A DNA stretch of 60,000 nt from Vicugna vicugna (taxonomy: Eukaryota). The stretch's first letter is position 1. Each line of letters opens with the position of its first letter. A program made the position numbers and the translations under genes. The DNA lies in NCBI GenBank assembly GCA_013265495.1, contig MU057724.1, positions 560,001 to 620,000 on the forward strand, read 5' to 3'. Below are positions 35,970 through 48,270 of the stretch, piece by piece. The notes beneath the pieces were generated by a model. The model searched no databases. It was not told the DNA's origin and saw nothing but the letters and a program-made list of their open reading frames with translations.

Positions 35970-36150
35970 CCCCGGGGGTCCCGACGCTCTCCCCCAGGGA
36001 CCCTGACGCCCTCCCCGGGGATCCCTGATGCACTCCCCGGGGGTCCCGACGCCCTCCCGGGGGGTCCCGACTCCCTCCCCAGGGGTCCCTGACGCCCTCC
36101 CCGAGTGTCCCGACGCCCTCCCCGGGGGTCCCTGATGCCCTCCCCGAGGG
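35970..36150. repeat. GC-rich minisatellite, 21-22-bp unit (CCCCGGGGGTCCC(T)GACGCCCT), about 8 copies
   Basis: Directly visible tandem units. Confidence 0.95.
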
Positions 36151-39100
36151 GGGGGTGTGACGTCACAACGTGCCTCTTGGGGGAATAACTGGAAACACCA
36201 GGGTGTCTTTTCAGAGCGACTGCGCCCAGAACATGCGAGAAGGTGGCAGCAGAGAGGCCGCCTCCACGCACACCGGAGCCACGAGCTGTGTTGCCGCGTC
36301 AGATGGGCTCCCTGTGCTTCTGGGTGGCCTGCTGCTTAGAGGCACACGCGTCTGTCGGTGTCCTGGTCGCCAACGCGCCTTTTCCTCCCTTAGCCCAGGT
36401 CCTGTGACGGTGCTTCAGGGCAGGGCTTCTGAGAAGGACTTCCGAGAAGGCCTTTGTTTTGCTCTCACTCCTGAGTAAGAGCCGGGCACGGTAGAGAGCT
36501 TGGGCCGATCACTTCCTCCCAACACCTCGCAGATGCGATGTCATGGACCTCCGGCGTCTTGAGGAACACGCTGCGCCCAAGTGTCCCCTCTCTGTGGCTG
36601 CTTTGTACAAGTCCTTTCCCCCTTTAGTCCTTAGAACGCGTCTGGATGTGGATTCATGTTGACCTTCTGGCTGGGACGGTGTGAGAGTCTCCGTCTGCGT
36701 GTATTCCTTTGGGTCTGAAAGGTCTCAGGTACTTTCTCTGTCAGCTGAGCCCCAGCCTCCTCCTCTCAGAGCAGCCAGAGTCCAGGCTGCGGCACGAGGT
36801 TGGGCCCCTGTTTTGGGGCCCCCCTCCCCCACACGGTGTTTGCCCGTGTGTCCCTCCTGGCCTGTAAAGATCCGAGCTGGCGGGGCACAGAGGCTGGGAG
36901 GGCCTCTGAGAGAAAGACTGTCACAGCGACGTCAGCCCAGGGGCTGGTCCGGGGCTGGAGTGAAAATGCGGGGGGAAGGTGCACACCAGAGGGGTCCAGA
37001 CACCCGCCGTTCAGTCCCTAAACCGTCTCCAGCAGCTTCTGGTGCTGGGGGCTGTCCTGGGAAGCACAGTGGGGAGAATTAAGGATGAGGTGATGTTTCA
37101 CTCACCGGAGCCCCTGGGTCCTTCACGCCGGCTTTTGCCTCTGATGCGCCGTGTCCGGCACCAGCGGGGGTGTTGGAGGCAGACACGCAGATGGGTCGGC
37201 ACAGCCAGAGGCCCGAGGGCGCGGTGGGGGGGCCTGGGCTGTCAGACAACTCCCTGGAGCCACACCCGGGCCAGGCCTGCGAAGGCTGGCCGGGTTCCGT
37301 GGGTGACTAGCGCACAACGCTTCCAGCGAGGTGCAAAGACCAGGGAAGGGGAAGGTTCCCTTTTTAGAAAAAATAATGGTTTTGAAAAAAAATTTAAAAT
37401 ATGGTGTGTCTAAGTGCTTATGAAACATTCGATAGACACCTAGAGTTTTACACTTTGGGGCTTCAAGAGGGGAGAGCCGTCTGGGAATCACTGTCCTGAG
37501 TGAATGAGGGGACTCGGGTGTGGGGACACGACGGGGCCCTCGGTGAGGCAGGGGTCGGGGCAGAGGAGGGGACAGGAGGGGAGGGGATGGGACAGGAGGT
37601 TGGCAGAAGCCAGCCAGGCCCAGAACCAGCAGGGGATGAGGCCTAGGGCTGTCCTGTAATGAGGCCGGGTCCCGTGGGTAGACAGGTTGGTCATTAGCCT
37701 CAGATGCTGCAAAGGAAAGAGGCAGGAAGACCCCCAGGGGAGTCCGCTGAAGTGGCTGTGACATAGTAAGTTGCTGCGAGCACTGCGCCCTGCTCCTTTC
37801 CCACCCCGGGGCGCTCCCTGGAGCCTCCTCACTGACCCGACCTCCTTGGGTCTCGGCTCTGGCGCCCCCTCTTTGGAGAGGCCGTACCCCACAAGCTTTC
37901 CCTGCGGCCCTGCCAGCTCACCCCAGTCCTCCTGTCGGACACTCTGGTTTTCATTAACTCATCGTCTCTGCCCACCTGCCCCCGGACGGTGAGGCCGTGA
38001 GAGTGGACACCCTTTTTGGTCCCGGTCACCGTGGGGCCAGAGCAGAGAAAACCTGCGGTGTCCGGTCCGTGTTCCCCGCGTGAGATGCTCTCCTGGGTCC
38101 TCGGGAGGGCGAGCGGGGCCAGCTCCCCAGGGGGCTGGGCACGTGGGTGGTGGCCCGGCCGGCTCTGCTCCCAGTGTGGGGGGTCCTCTGCTCCCACCCG
38201 GCCATCTGCTCACTTCCTTTCTTCTACGGAAGAGAGAGACACACTCTTTTTCTTCCAGTGTTTACACACAATAGCCACAGAATTTATTTATCCTATCTGC
38301 CTCGAACGACCTAAAAAGCCGCGCAGCTGTTCCCTGGTGCCTTCCTGGGTTGTGTTACGCTGGCTTTCTTCACCGGGGGCGTCTCTGAGTCACACAGCTT
38401 GTGTCCTTTCTGCTCTGTGCTGTGCAGATGTGAAAGCACCTAAAAGTGAGAAAGAGGGGAAGAGGGAAGAAAGAAAGAAACAGGGGAGGGAGGGAGGGTC
38501 CAGACTCAAAGCAGCTGCTCTTGTCCCCGCGGAATCGACAGGGGACTAGGGAGAGAGGTGACGCGTAGGCTCTCCCAAGACTTCCTGCAGAAACGAGGTG
38601 GGCGTCACTGTCCAGGTTCCCCGCCACCCGCTCCGGGGGCCGCAGCTCAGCCCGAGCTCCCGAGTCCTCACTCCGACTTCGTCGCCCCCCAGGGTGTCCC
38701 TCGGGAGCTGCTGAATTTACCGTGGAGTCGGAGGGAGGTTTGTCCCCAGAGGTTCCCCCAGCTCGGAGAAGCTTTGCTTTACTTCCAAGGGCAGTGTCTT
38801 CAACCAGCCTCCTGCTTCTCGGGGACCCCCCTTGTGCCCCCCGACGACCGCTGAGCTGGCCCCTGACACCAGCCCCACCCAGACCGTGGCTCCGACACTG
38901 ACCTCAGAGGGGCTCTCGTTCCCTCTGCAGAGGGTCACGGGGTGGGGGGGGCATGAGACCCCTGGCGTCTTGCAGGACTTGCAGGACGGGAGACAGCAGG
39001 CCGTGCGTCTGTCCGTGAGGCACGTGCCGGTTTGGCGGGGTCAGGCGGGGTTCTCTGGCTCGTCAAGGAATCTGGTGGAACACGGTAGTTTGTGCGGCTG

Positions 39101-41139
39101 AAAGTCTCCGTGAATCTGGAGAAAAACCAAAGCCCGCCCCATTTCAGGACTCCAGGAGCACAGGCTCCCGGGAAGGAGAACAGCGGACGACGCAGCTCCT
39201 TGGCTCCCGGGGAGAATCCGCGTCAAGGCCGTCTGCGCGCTCTCCCCCGGCATGGTCGCTGGCGAGCACATCTCGAGTCCTTTCGGCCAGAGAGCGCCAG
39301 GGCCTTTCCAGTGCTGTTTTTGGGAGAAACAGCACAGTCGGGTGGGACCTGAGAGTCCGTACTCGGGGGGCACGTCCAGCGTCGAGTCTCCCCTTCACCC
39401 CTCCCCACTTGCTAAACAGCCCAAGAAATTTTAAAAAGAAATCTGGGGAATTCACAAAGGAATAGTTGCTCTTTGTGTACGGCTTCAAATGCGCCTTCAC
39501 CGCCCCGGGAGTCTGCTCAGAACCATCTTCATCAGAAGCACACGGACTTGTGGACGACAGGAGGGCGAGGACCGTGTCGCCTGCTTGGAGACGAAACAGT
39601 TCACCCTGTCCACTCCCTGGCCCCTGGGGCGGCGCGGGGCCCGGGCTTCCTGGGAGAAGGGCGTCACCGCGGAAACGAGGGCCTGGGACGCGGGAGAGGC
39701 CGAGATGAGCGTGGAACGGGGAACCGCGGTGCGAAGCTCGGGTCTCGAGTCCCATCAAAGGAGAACACTGGCGTTAGGGAGCGCCGAGCCCCCTGCAGCC
39801 TGCGTTCACTCTGGCCAACACCAGCCCCCTTCTCTGCGAAGACTGGAGGAACCTAGGACTCCCCAGCCGAGGGCTGCGGGGCCCCGTCCGACGGCCCGGC
39901 CTCACCGGGCATGCCGCCTTCGTTAGTAGCTCATGAAGTGGCTTCTCTGTCATCCAGTATTTTCATTTCATGGTCCTTGAATGTGAAGTATGTTTTAATA
40001 CAGTTCTAGGCGCAAATTCCACGTATATGTTCTCAGTCAGCAATGAAAGGAGTGGGGTCTCCGTCGAGCTGGTTGTGAACAAGAACGTCCTTTACTGCAC
40101 TTTTGAGAACACTACTTCTCTCTCTCCTGAAGGTGGCGATTGAGGAGAAGTCCCAGAACTCACCTGCTGCCTCGCTGACCCGACCCCGAAGTCCGCAGAA
40201 GTGCCACTGTGCGCTGCTGAGAAGTTCTGCACGTGGCCCCACCTCGTCCCACTGGCCGCCTGGCTCCCCGCAGCTTGGGCGCCGTCTCCTTCCAGATGAG
40301 GTGGTGCGTTAGGGAGAGACTAAAATGGTCTTCCTGGAGCCGCTCAATGGGAGCTTTGCCGCGGAGATTTCTGCTTCGTTTCACGCATTTCAAGCCCAAG
40401 GAGTGCCCACACCCCCAGCGCACGGACGCTGGCCTGAAGACGGGCTGTCTGCAGTCCTCCAGGGATGCCCTCTGAGTTCGTGGCGGCTGTGCTTCAGTTA
40501 CCAAGCAGTAGAGAGGTCAGTGGACAGGAGCTGCTGGTGACAAGGAGGCCGATTCTGCTCGTGCGACACCCCGTGTCCTGGCCGTCGGCCCCACGCTGCG
40601 CAGCTCCTGCCGGCTTGGACATCCGCGGGAGCGACCGCACTTCCACTTCGGGGGCTGGGGTCAGGGAAGCTGGCCTCTGACCTGTGCGACAGCACAGGGT
40701 GTCACCAGGAGGCCCTGGGGGTGTGACATCACAGACAGTCTGGGGGAGCTGACAAGGCAGTGGTGCAGGCGCTCGGGGGGCGGGGCCTGGTTCAGGAGCC
40801 CCAGCTGGCTGTGTGCTGGGGACACCAGGCTCGCCCGCTCCTGTCCCAGCCTCCCTCCTCTCGTGACACAGCAAGGTGCCAGGCCAACCCCGGCCTTGGA
40901 GACGTCCCCCAGGACCCCAGGGCTGAGTGTGGGAGAGCCGGGTCCTGGCCGGGCAGGGGTCCCGTGGAGGTGGCTGGCCACGGGCGACATGCCTGGGAAG
41001 CCAGGGGTCACCCCGCACTGTGGGCGTCGCCAGTACCCGTTGTCCGCAGGTATCGGAAGCGCCACCTGTGGAGCCAGGACTCTGCCCGTCCCTCCTATTC
41101 CTGTCTGCATGGCGCTTCTCCCCTCCAGCCCCGTACAAC

Positions 41140-41290
41140 TGTGCTGTGTGCCTTCATTTATCCGTTGTCCCCCAGCCCCTCCACCAAGACGCACGCTCTG
41201 TACTCATCATGAGAGACGTTTTCTGTTTTCTTTGACGCTCAGACCGGCACCCCGTCCAGAGCAGGTACTCAACAGGTGTTTACTAAATTC
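41140..41290 (+). mobile_element. LINE-2 3' end remnant
   Basis: 'ttctgttttctttgacgct...gcaggtactcaacaggtgtttactaaat'. Confidence 0.5.
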
Positions 41291-42600
41291 AGGTGGTTTT
41301 GAGGATCACCGAACACGCAGAGGTGGAGTGCAGCAGCACACTGAGCATCTGAACGTCTAAGTTCGGGATGTGAATCCTCCGGGAAGTGTCTTTGAGCCTG
41401 GAAGTGAAAAGGGGCTCAGAGCCTGAAGTCCAAGGAAAAACGTGTGCACGAAACCAGCGCGGCTCGTCCCACGTCAGGGGTGGGCCGACGTCTCAAACCA
41501 GGTGGTCCTGTTTTCTGTCTGCTCCAGACTGGGGGCTTCCCGGCAGAGGGATGTCCCGACACGCAGGACGGGCAGGGAGCGTCTGCCTGTGACCTGGTCT
41601 CTTGGGGCCGGCTGGCGGTCCTGCGGACGAGACGGAGGGAGGTGGGTGTCCCTGGGGAAGACCCCACCTGGACGGGACGTGGGGTCAGCTCCCTTCCGGG
41701 GGGTCACTCGGCTGTTTCTTCGTTGCTGCTGATTCTGTTGATGGGGCTCATTTTGTCCTGCAGAGGAAAGTCCCGCATGAATGTGTGCCTTTGAGAATAC
41801 TCTGGTGTATCCACACCTGCACGAAGTTCCTCAGACAGGACCTGCGGGTGACTTCTTGTTTATGGACAATCGCATTAGGGACACGGGTGTCTTCCCAAAT
41901 GAGACCCACAGATGTGGCTCTTGTACACGAGGCTGTGAGTGTCTGGGGCTCCCACAGCTGCTCCCAGTTGTAGGTGCTCTTGTGTGAGAACTCGGAGAGA
42001 AACGCTGCACAGAGACCAGGGTGTTTGGACCACGCTCCTACCGCATGACCTAACAGTGCAGTGGCGGATTTCATGGCCCATCAGGAGGTGTCGAGAGCAT
42101 CAAAAATGTGCGTACTCTGCCTTAGGCATTGCGAGCTGCGGGCAAAGTTGGAAAGGCAGGTGGAACCGGAGGCGCGGCCAGAGGCAAGTCAGGAATCACT
42201 GTGCACGGCCTGTGGCCCGACTCGGTGCCGACAGGTCGGTTCTTGGGTCTCCTAACCCCACTGTCCTGAGCATCGACCTCACCCGTGGTTCCATGTGTGT
42301 GAGTGGGGAGGGCGGTACGTTCTGTGACCGCGACACAGGGCGACTGCAAGCAGAGAGGCTGGAGAGCGACTGGGCACTCGGGCGATGGTTATTCACGCTT
42401 TGTTCCTTGGGTTTTGGCTCAAAGCACCTCCTCAGCTTTGGTTCGGTTGTGGCGACCACCCCGGGGGGCCCACATCTCACGGGGCAGGGGTCTCACTCCC
42501 AAGGTCAGCGTGTCCGAAGGTCAGTGTGGTGGGACACGCACTTGGAACTTGCCCCTCAGCTCCTCTCTGAACTCTTCCTTCTCAAAACATAGGCTTCAGG

Positions 42601-43140
42601 TGGTACTTGCTTTCTCTGCCTGACTTACTTCACTTAGTGTGACGACCTCCAGGCCCATCCATGCTGCTGCAAATGGCGCTATTTCGCTGCTTTTTCAAGG
42701 CCGCGTGGCTTCCCACGTGTACACGTAGGCGGCTGCCGCGTCTCGGCTAGTGCTGCTGTGAACACTGGGGCGCAGGTGTCTTTTCAAATTAGCGTTTTCT
42801 CTGGACACGTCGCTGAGATGTGGAATCTTAAAAGAAGATACAAATTTTGTTTCCAAACTACAGATAGACTCTTGGACACGGAAAGCAGACTATGGCTGCT
42901 GAGGGGAAGGGTAGGGGAGGGATAAATCAGGAGTCTGGGATTAGCAGATACACACTCCTACGTATAACAGATAAACCACAAGGTCCTACTGTACAGCACG
43001 GGGACCTATGTTCAGTACCTTGTAATGAGCTGTAATGGAAAAGAATCTGAAAAAACATGTATGTAAGTATGTTACGTGTAACTGAGTCACTTTGCTGTAC
43101 ACCCGACACTAGCGCTCAAGTGACCCACTTCAACAGAAAC
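42601..43140 (+). mobile_element. 5'-inverted, truncated L1 (antisense 42601-~42809, sense ~42810-43140)
   Basis: Left block 'tttctctgcctgacttacttcacttagtgt...' is antisense ORF2 end. Right block 'atgtggaatcttaaaag...caaggtcctactgtacagcacgggg...' is sense 3' UTR. Confidence 0.8.
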
Positions 43141-43560
43141 AGGAGCGAATAAATCCCTACGGTGGGACTCCAGGGCCACCCCGTCTGAAGGACACAGCGT
43201 ACTCTCGGGGCCACGTCGGCTGAAGGGCTGTGCACGTGGTCTGACAAGCGGCTGATGCACTGGCTGTGCAGGGACCCTGCCCCTCTGCAGCAGGTGGGCG
43301 CTGTCTCAGTGCTGTGTGTAAACGCACGTGACCCTCGCCTGTGTCGCAGAAGAGGACGCAGTCTGTCACCGGGGCTGTGCTGTGGTTTCTGTCCGTCCTG
43401 CCTGGCTCCTCCGGCGCCCAGAGCCTGTCGACAGGGCCAACCTGAGCCCCCCTCCCACTCCGGGCAGCATTAGGACGACCTAGGGGCGAGGAGGCAGGTC
43501 CCCTGGAGAGTCCAAGGGCCACCCAGGGCCCCTGTGCCTCAGCCGACGCCCTGGACTTGG

Positions 43561-43802
43561 GATGTGTGTGTGAGAGTGTCTGTGTCTGCGTTTGTGTCCG
43601 TGTGTCTGTGTGTGTCAGTGTGTCCATGCGTGTCCACACGTGTCCACGTGTGTCTGTCTGCGTCCTTGTGTGTATGTATGTCTCTGTGTCCATGCGTGTG
43701 TGTGTCCATACATGTCCGTGTGTGTGTCCGCGTGTGTCCATGCGTGTGTGTCTGTGTGTCCGTGCGTGTCCACGCGTGTCTGTGTGACCATGTGCGTGTG
43801 TG
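43561..43802. repeat. TG-rich low-complexity repeat (GTGTCC/TGTG variants)
   Basis: Directly visible. Confidence 0.95.
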
Positions 43803-44989
43803 GCTTGTTCGCGGCTGTGTCGATCCCGGGCGGCCTTCCAGCATCATCTGGGGCCCGGCGCAGAGGCGGTCAGTCGGGAGCCTCGCTGCACCACCGCTGG
43901 GAGCGAGCGCTGCTTTGTGGCGCTTGTTTCAGATGGGTTTTGTTTCGAATGTACAAGTTCATTCAAATCCAGTCATCACGGCAAAAGTCATGGGTCGTGA
44001 CGTCATTCGGATTGAAACCCAAACAGGGCCGTGCGGGAGCTTCCTGCCAGGTCTCCTCCCGGCTCCAGGAGGCCCCCTCCCCCCAGCCTTCAGGTGGGCT
44101 CTGGGAGCCAGGGCCCAGGCCGTGCTGACCCGCCTCAGGCCGCAAGCCTCCCACAACAGGCTTTCCTTCCTCAGCTGCCTGGTGCCTGTGGTGACTAGTC
44201 TCGCTGATACCCGGAGTTTGCTTTCACATTCACATCGCCGCCTGCGTTGTAGGGGGCAGAGGAGGGAAGGGGGCAGAGCTACCTGCACATGGTTTTAGAG
44301 GCTCTCAGACCAGGAGGGACGGTCCCTTCTGGTGGCCCCGACTGCCGGCAGCCGCTGTGGTGTGACGTGACGTCCCCTGGCCTCCTGGCAGACCCCACAC
44401 CTCTCCCCATCCCGGGGGCAGGTGGAGGCCGGCAGAAGGCTGCACTTGGGTCTCTTTGCGGGGGCGGCAACCAGAGCCTCGGTCTTGTTACAGGAGGCGA
44501 TGTTGAACCCTGGGGACGCGAGGGCAGGCACCTCACCCCGCATCCTGCCAGCCCGAGTCTGCAGCCCTGCCGGCACCCTTGCGGCCTCTGCAGACGGGAC
44601 AGACGACTGCGCTGTTGCTTAATCAGGGCCACCCCGCTCCCCCTCCTGCCCTGTTCCTGCATCAGCGCCTCTTCCCGCTGAGGGGATGGTGCTCACCCTT
44701 CCAGAAAGCCCTTATCTCCTGAGTAGTCACTGGGCCCCGGTTACGTACCACACATCCCGGATATGCTGGGAGGCCTGGACTCCTCAGTCCAGTACGGCAG
44801 CTGCACAGACTCACTCATCAAATGCGTGTTCACTCCCTCACACTCCCCCCCTGGTGTCAGCCACGCTGCCAGGAGCTGTGACGGATTCCATGACCCAGAG
44901 CTCTGGGTACCAGCCGTCCGTCGGTGATCCTGGTGTGATGCACTCGCCACCTGGGAGGCCTGAGCGGAGTCCAGTGAGGGGCCTATTTT

Positions 44990-45450
44990 CTGAGCTGGGC
45001 CGGACAGGGGAGCACAGGGTCCTGGAGGTGGGGAGGTGGGGCTCAGCCTGCAGCCCCTCGTGCCAGCTGGGGGACAGGAGCCCAGCTCCGGGAGTGAGGG
45101 GAGAGGGTGGTGCGTTCGTGAGGGCACTGGGTCAAGGTGATGGGGGTGGGGGTGACAGGCCTGGAGATGCACTCGTGGTGCCGTCCTGCATGGTGACCAG
45201 TGACCGAGGAGCAAAGGAGGGGGCCTGGCTGAGGGGACGGAGCCGGGGACAGGGAATAATCTGCAGGTGTCCATGGAGAGAGTGTGAGTTAGAAGTGCCC
45301 CCAAGACCCCGGGAGAGACGGCAGCTTGGACCCTGGGAGGGAAGACAGGTGCTCACCGACAGGTGCGTGTGGGATGCGGGGGCCCCTGGGGAAGGCAGTA
45401 GACACATTTATGTACCAGAGACCAGGGAGGAGGTTAAGCCTCCATCTGGG
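44990..45450 (-). mobile_element. Probable LINE-2 remnant
   Basis: Purine-rich antisense L2-like phrases such as 'gtgtgagttagaagtgcccccaagac...gaggcagtagacacatt...ccagggaggaggttaag'. Confidence 0.4.
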
Positions 45451-47795
45451 AGTCAGGTTCTGTGGGATGAACGGCCTCCAGAACAAGATCTTGGCAGAGC
45501 TGCCTCCACAGGAGGGAGACAGAGGACAGAGTCCTCCCCCCACAAGGTCACAGAGTCACCCCCCTGGGTCACAGCATCCATTCAAGGACACAGAGTCCCC
45601 CCAGATCACAGATCCTCCCACCTCCCACCCCTGGCAGGCCCCCACGGACGAGCAGGTGGGCTCTGGCCTCAGAGACACTCAAGGCTAAGGACACAAAACA
45701 TAAAGCTGAGTGAAGGGGCCAAGGCTCCGGGCGATTAGGCTGCGGGGGGTGGGGGGGTGCCGGACAGGCCACGGGTCTCAAGCGCGGGCAGGGCCTGCCG
45801 CCCAGAGGTCTGTGACGGATCAGCGCAGGAGCAGCGAGAGGAGTGAGCGACACGGCTCAGCGGCCGCGGCCTGCGCTGGGGGAGAGCAGCTTCGGTGGAC
45901 GTGGGGCCAGGAGGACGGAGTGAGCGGGGCCTGGCCAGGGGGTCGTGCCTTTCCCACGGTGGTGAGAATGTCTTGTTGCAGCTGGAATAAAGCTCCGTAA
46001 TCAGAGGGAAATGTCAAGATCACAGCTTTGAGTTTAAAGTCTTCAGTGAAAACTGTCACACAGATAACTGCGGAAGAGGACCATGTGAGGAGAGCAGAGG
46101 CCGGGGTCTCAGCCGTGGGTCGGATGGCTGTTGGGCAGGAGGGGAGCATGAGGCACAGAAGGAAGGGACGGGCCTGTCCGGAGTGGGGTTGGCCCGAGAC
46201 AGGGGTAGGGTGGTGGCTAGCTTCACACAGAGAGAAGCAAAGGAGAAATAATCTGAGCTGGAGCAGGCTCGCCAGCAAAAGCATGGTGTTATTTTTGAGT
46301 CTTCAGTTCAGAGGGGACATGGTCATTGGCTGGCGGCCCTGTGCTGGGCGAAGCTGGCGGCAGACGAGGCCCAGCTGATGAGGATTCTCCTGTCAGGCTC
46401 TCGCTGTCACCTTCCACTGATGGACGGACATCGAGGCTCTGTGTTAGGAAGGGAAAGTCCTTCCAGATCAAGAGTGTTTCCTAGTTTCTGTCTCTGGAGG
46501 CCCAGATGCAAGCAACGTTCGGGGTGATCTCTGGGAGCCTCGAACGCACACACGGGGGCTGTTTTGAGCTCAGGGGGAGAGCATGTTCTTGATGATTCTG
46601 TGAGAATTCTTGTATGGTTTAATGTTATTTTAAAATAGTGTTTGTGGTTTAATCATTTTTTCGAGATCTTGCTACTAGATTTTAAAAATCTGCTGCTACG
46701 AGCCAAGATAATTTGCTCCTATAATTGTTTTTGAAATAGATCTCAGGCAAGACATTTTGTGCTGGTAAAGCTGAGCAGTTCATCTGCTGACTTGTGGCCA
46801 GACACCAAGAAGGACCCCGGCTGATGAGCAAAGTTGTTCCCTTGCCAGCGATCCGGGCTGGGGCCCATGTGGCTGTCCTCATGACTCAGAGGAGGTGGGA
46901 CTGAAGGCTTGTGGGCGGCGGGGACTGGCGGGGCGCCGGCTCTCTGCTGCTGAGATAAGCAGTTCGGCAACATGTGCCCCCAATCCCCATCAGGGAGGCG
47001 CCCAGCTTCCTCTCCAGCGCCCCCCTCCCCCGCCCCTCTGGAGGCTCTTCCCTGGAAGGAGCGAGGTCCACCTTGGGCATCTGTCTGCAACCTTAGCACT
47101 GGGGCCACCCTAACTCCTCACTGTCCTGTAAAATTTGAAACAGGGGCAGTAAAGGTTCTGAAGGAGACTGGGAGACTCATTGAGAGCCATTCTAGTTTGT
47201 GCTGTTACTGTTCTCCGAGGCTTAAATCTGGCAAAAAGCAGGGGGAAAAAAGATTTCAATCAGCATCACCATAAAATTGGAAGCAGTTTTCAGCAAGCAG
47301 GGCCACAGTCTGCATGAAGCTGGTGGCTGGAGGGACTTGGGATAAAAGAAACGAGTTTCTGTCTTCTTTTTATTATAACTGGGGCAGCAACGGCCGTGCA
47401 GGCGGCTGGCGATCAGAAATAAATGTAGAACTTGGATTTTGCACAACTGGGTCCTGCTCCAAAGCACGCCGACTGCCCACTGGCCGAGCCGAGCTCTGCA
47501 GGCACAGCCCAGAGGCGCGGCATGGGGACCGCAGGGTCCCACCAAGGCTACGCTGGGATTTGCGGGTTTGCGGGCCCCCCTGATTAGCAGGCTGCCTCTG
47601 TCCTGCTGCACCGTTCTGTTCCGGGAACGCCACAAAAGCACATGTAGGTTCTTTAATTTTTTTCCCTGGGGCATTTTATTCTTTTATTCCTTCTGCTCCC
47701 CCCTTCTTGTTTTTACAGTCTCCCTGTAATGACTAATTGGCAGAGTTTCCCAGCTTTTTTATGTTTCTCTTGCTCTGGTTACAAGTCGTACTAAC

Positions 47796-47877
47796 CCAGC
47801 AATATCCACAGGGACCAATAGACAGCCAACACTCGCAGTGATATACAGCGCTCCCCTTTCCTTACAGCGCAGCACAT
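47796..47877 (-). CDS. Candidate first coding exon of an unidentified gene; signal-peptide-like MCCAVRKGERCISLRVLAVYWSLWILL(G)
   Basis: ATG at 47877; 27 codons plus 1 nt, then donor TGG|GTTAGT (GT at 47795-47794). Basic N-region then hydrophobic stretch, just downstream of a CpG-rich block. Kozak context is weak and I recognise no homolog or partner exon. Confidence 0.3.
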
Positions 47878-47889
47878 TTACAAGGAAAT

Positions 47890-48270
47890 GCAAACGGCAC
47901 GGGGCCCACTCCCGGGTCGCTGGCGCTGTGCTCGCGCCCAGGCGCGCCCCCACGTCCCTGCTCTGAGCCCTCTCCTTGCGCCCCCTCCCCGCGAGCCGCC
48001 TCCCCGCGAGCCGCCTCCCCGCGAGCCGCCTCCCCGCGCGCCCCCTCTGCCCCTCCTCCCAGCGCCCCCTCAGCCCGCGGGGCCGCCTCGGTGCCCGTTT
48101 ACTGCGCGAGGCAGCCACTCTGGAGCCGCCGCACATCTGGATGGAGTCAGGCCCAGCGCCCGGGCCGGCGCCCAGCCAGTCCCCACCCGCTGGATTTCCT
48201 GATGTAAACAGAGCAGGAACACAGCAACTCTGCTGAGTGTGGCATGCAGCGCTCTTTATCTGCTTGGGGT
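47890..48270. promoter_or_regulatory. CpG-dense promoter/enhancer-like region
   Basis: Dense CpG and GC-box-like sequence in non-repeat DNA. CCCCACCC (KLF-type) 48181-48188, TTTCCT (ETS-type) next to TGTAAACA (forkhead) 48203-48210, TTATCT (GATA) 48256-48261. Confidence 0.55.
47984..48043. repeat. 15-bp tandem repeat CCTCCCCGCGAGCCG, 3 perfect copies plus 1 variant
   Basis: Copies start at 47984, 47999, 48014 and 48029. Confidence 0.95.

Noticed and set aside
35970..36150. Repeat arrays as CRISPR-like structures
   Set aside because: Units are head-to-tail with no unique spacers, and the DNA is mammalian.
43534..44298. Cys/Val-rich and His/Thr-rich ORFs
   Set aside because: Translation of TG low-complexity sequence.
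44686..45738. 350-aa plus-strand ORF
   Set aside because: No recognisable domain and runs through a probable antisense L2 remnant.
38370..47250. Strong-looking minus-strand acceptors (~38440, ~39116, ~47228) as second exons for the 47.8-kb candidate
   Set aside because: Each hits a stop within about 20 codons in phase 1, so no gene model could be built.
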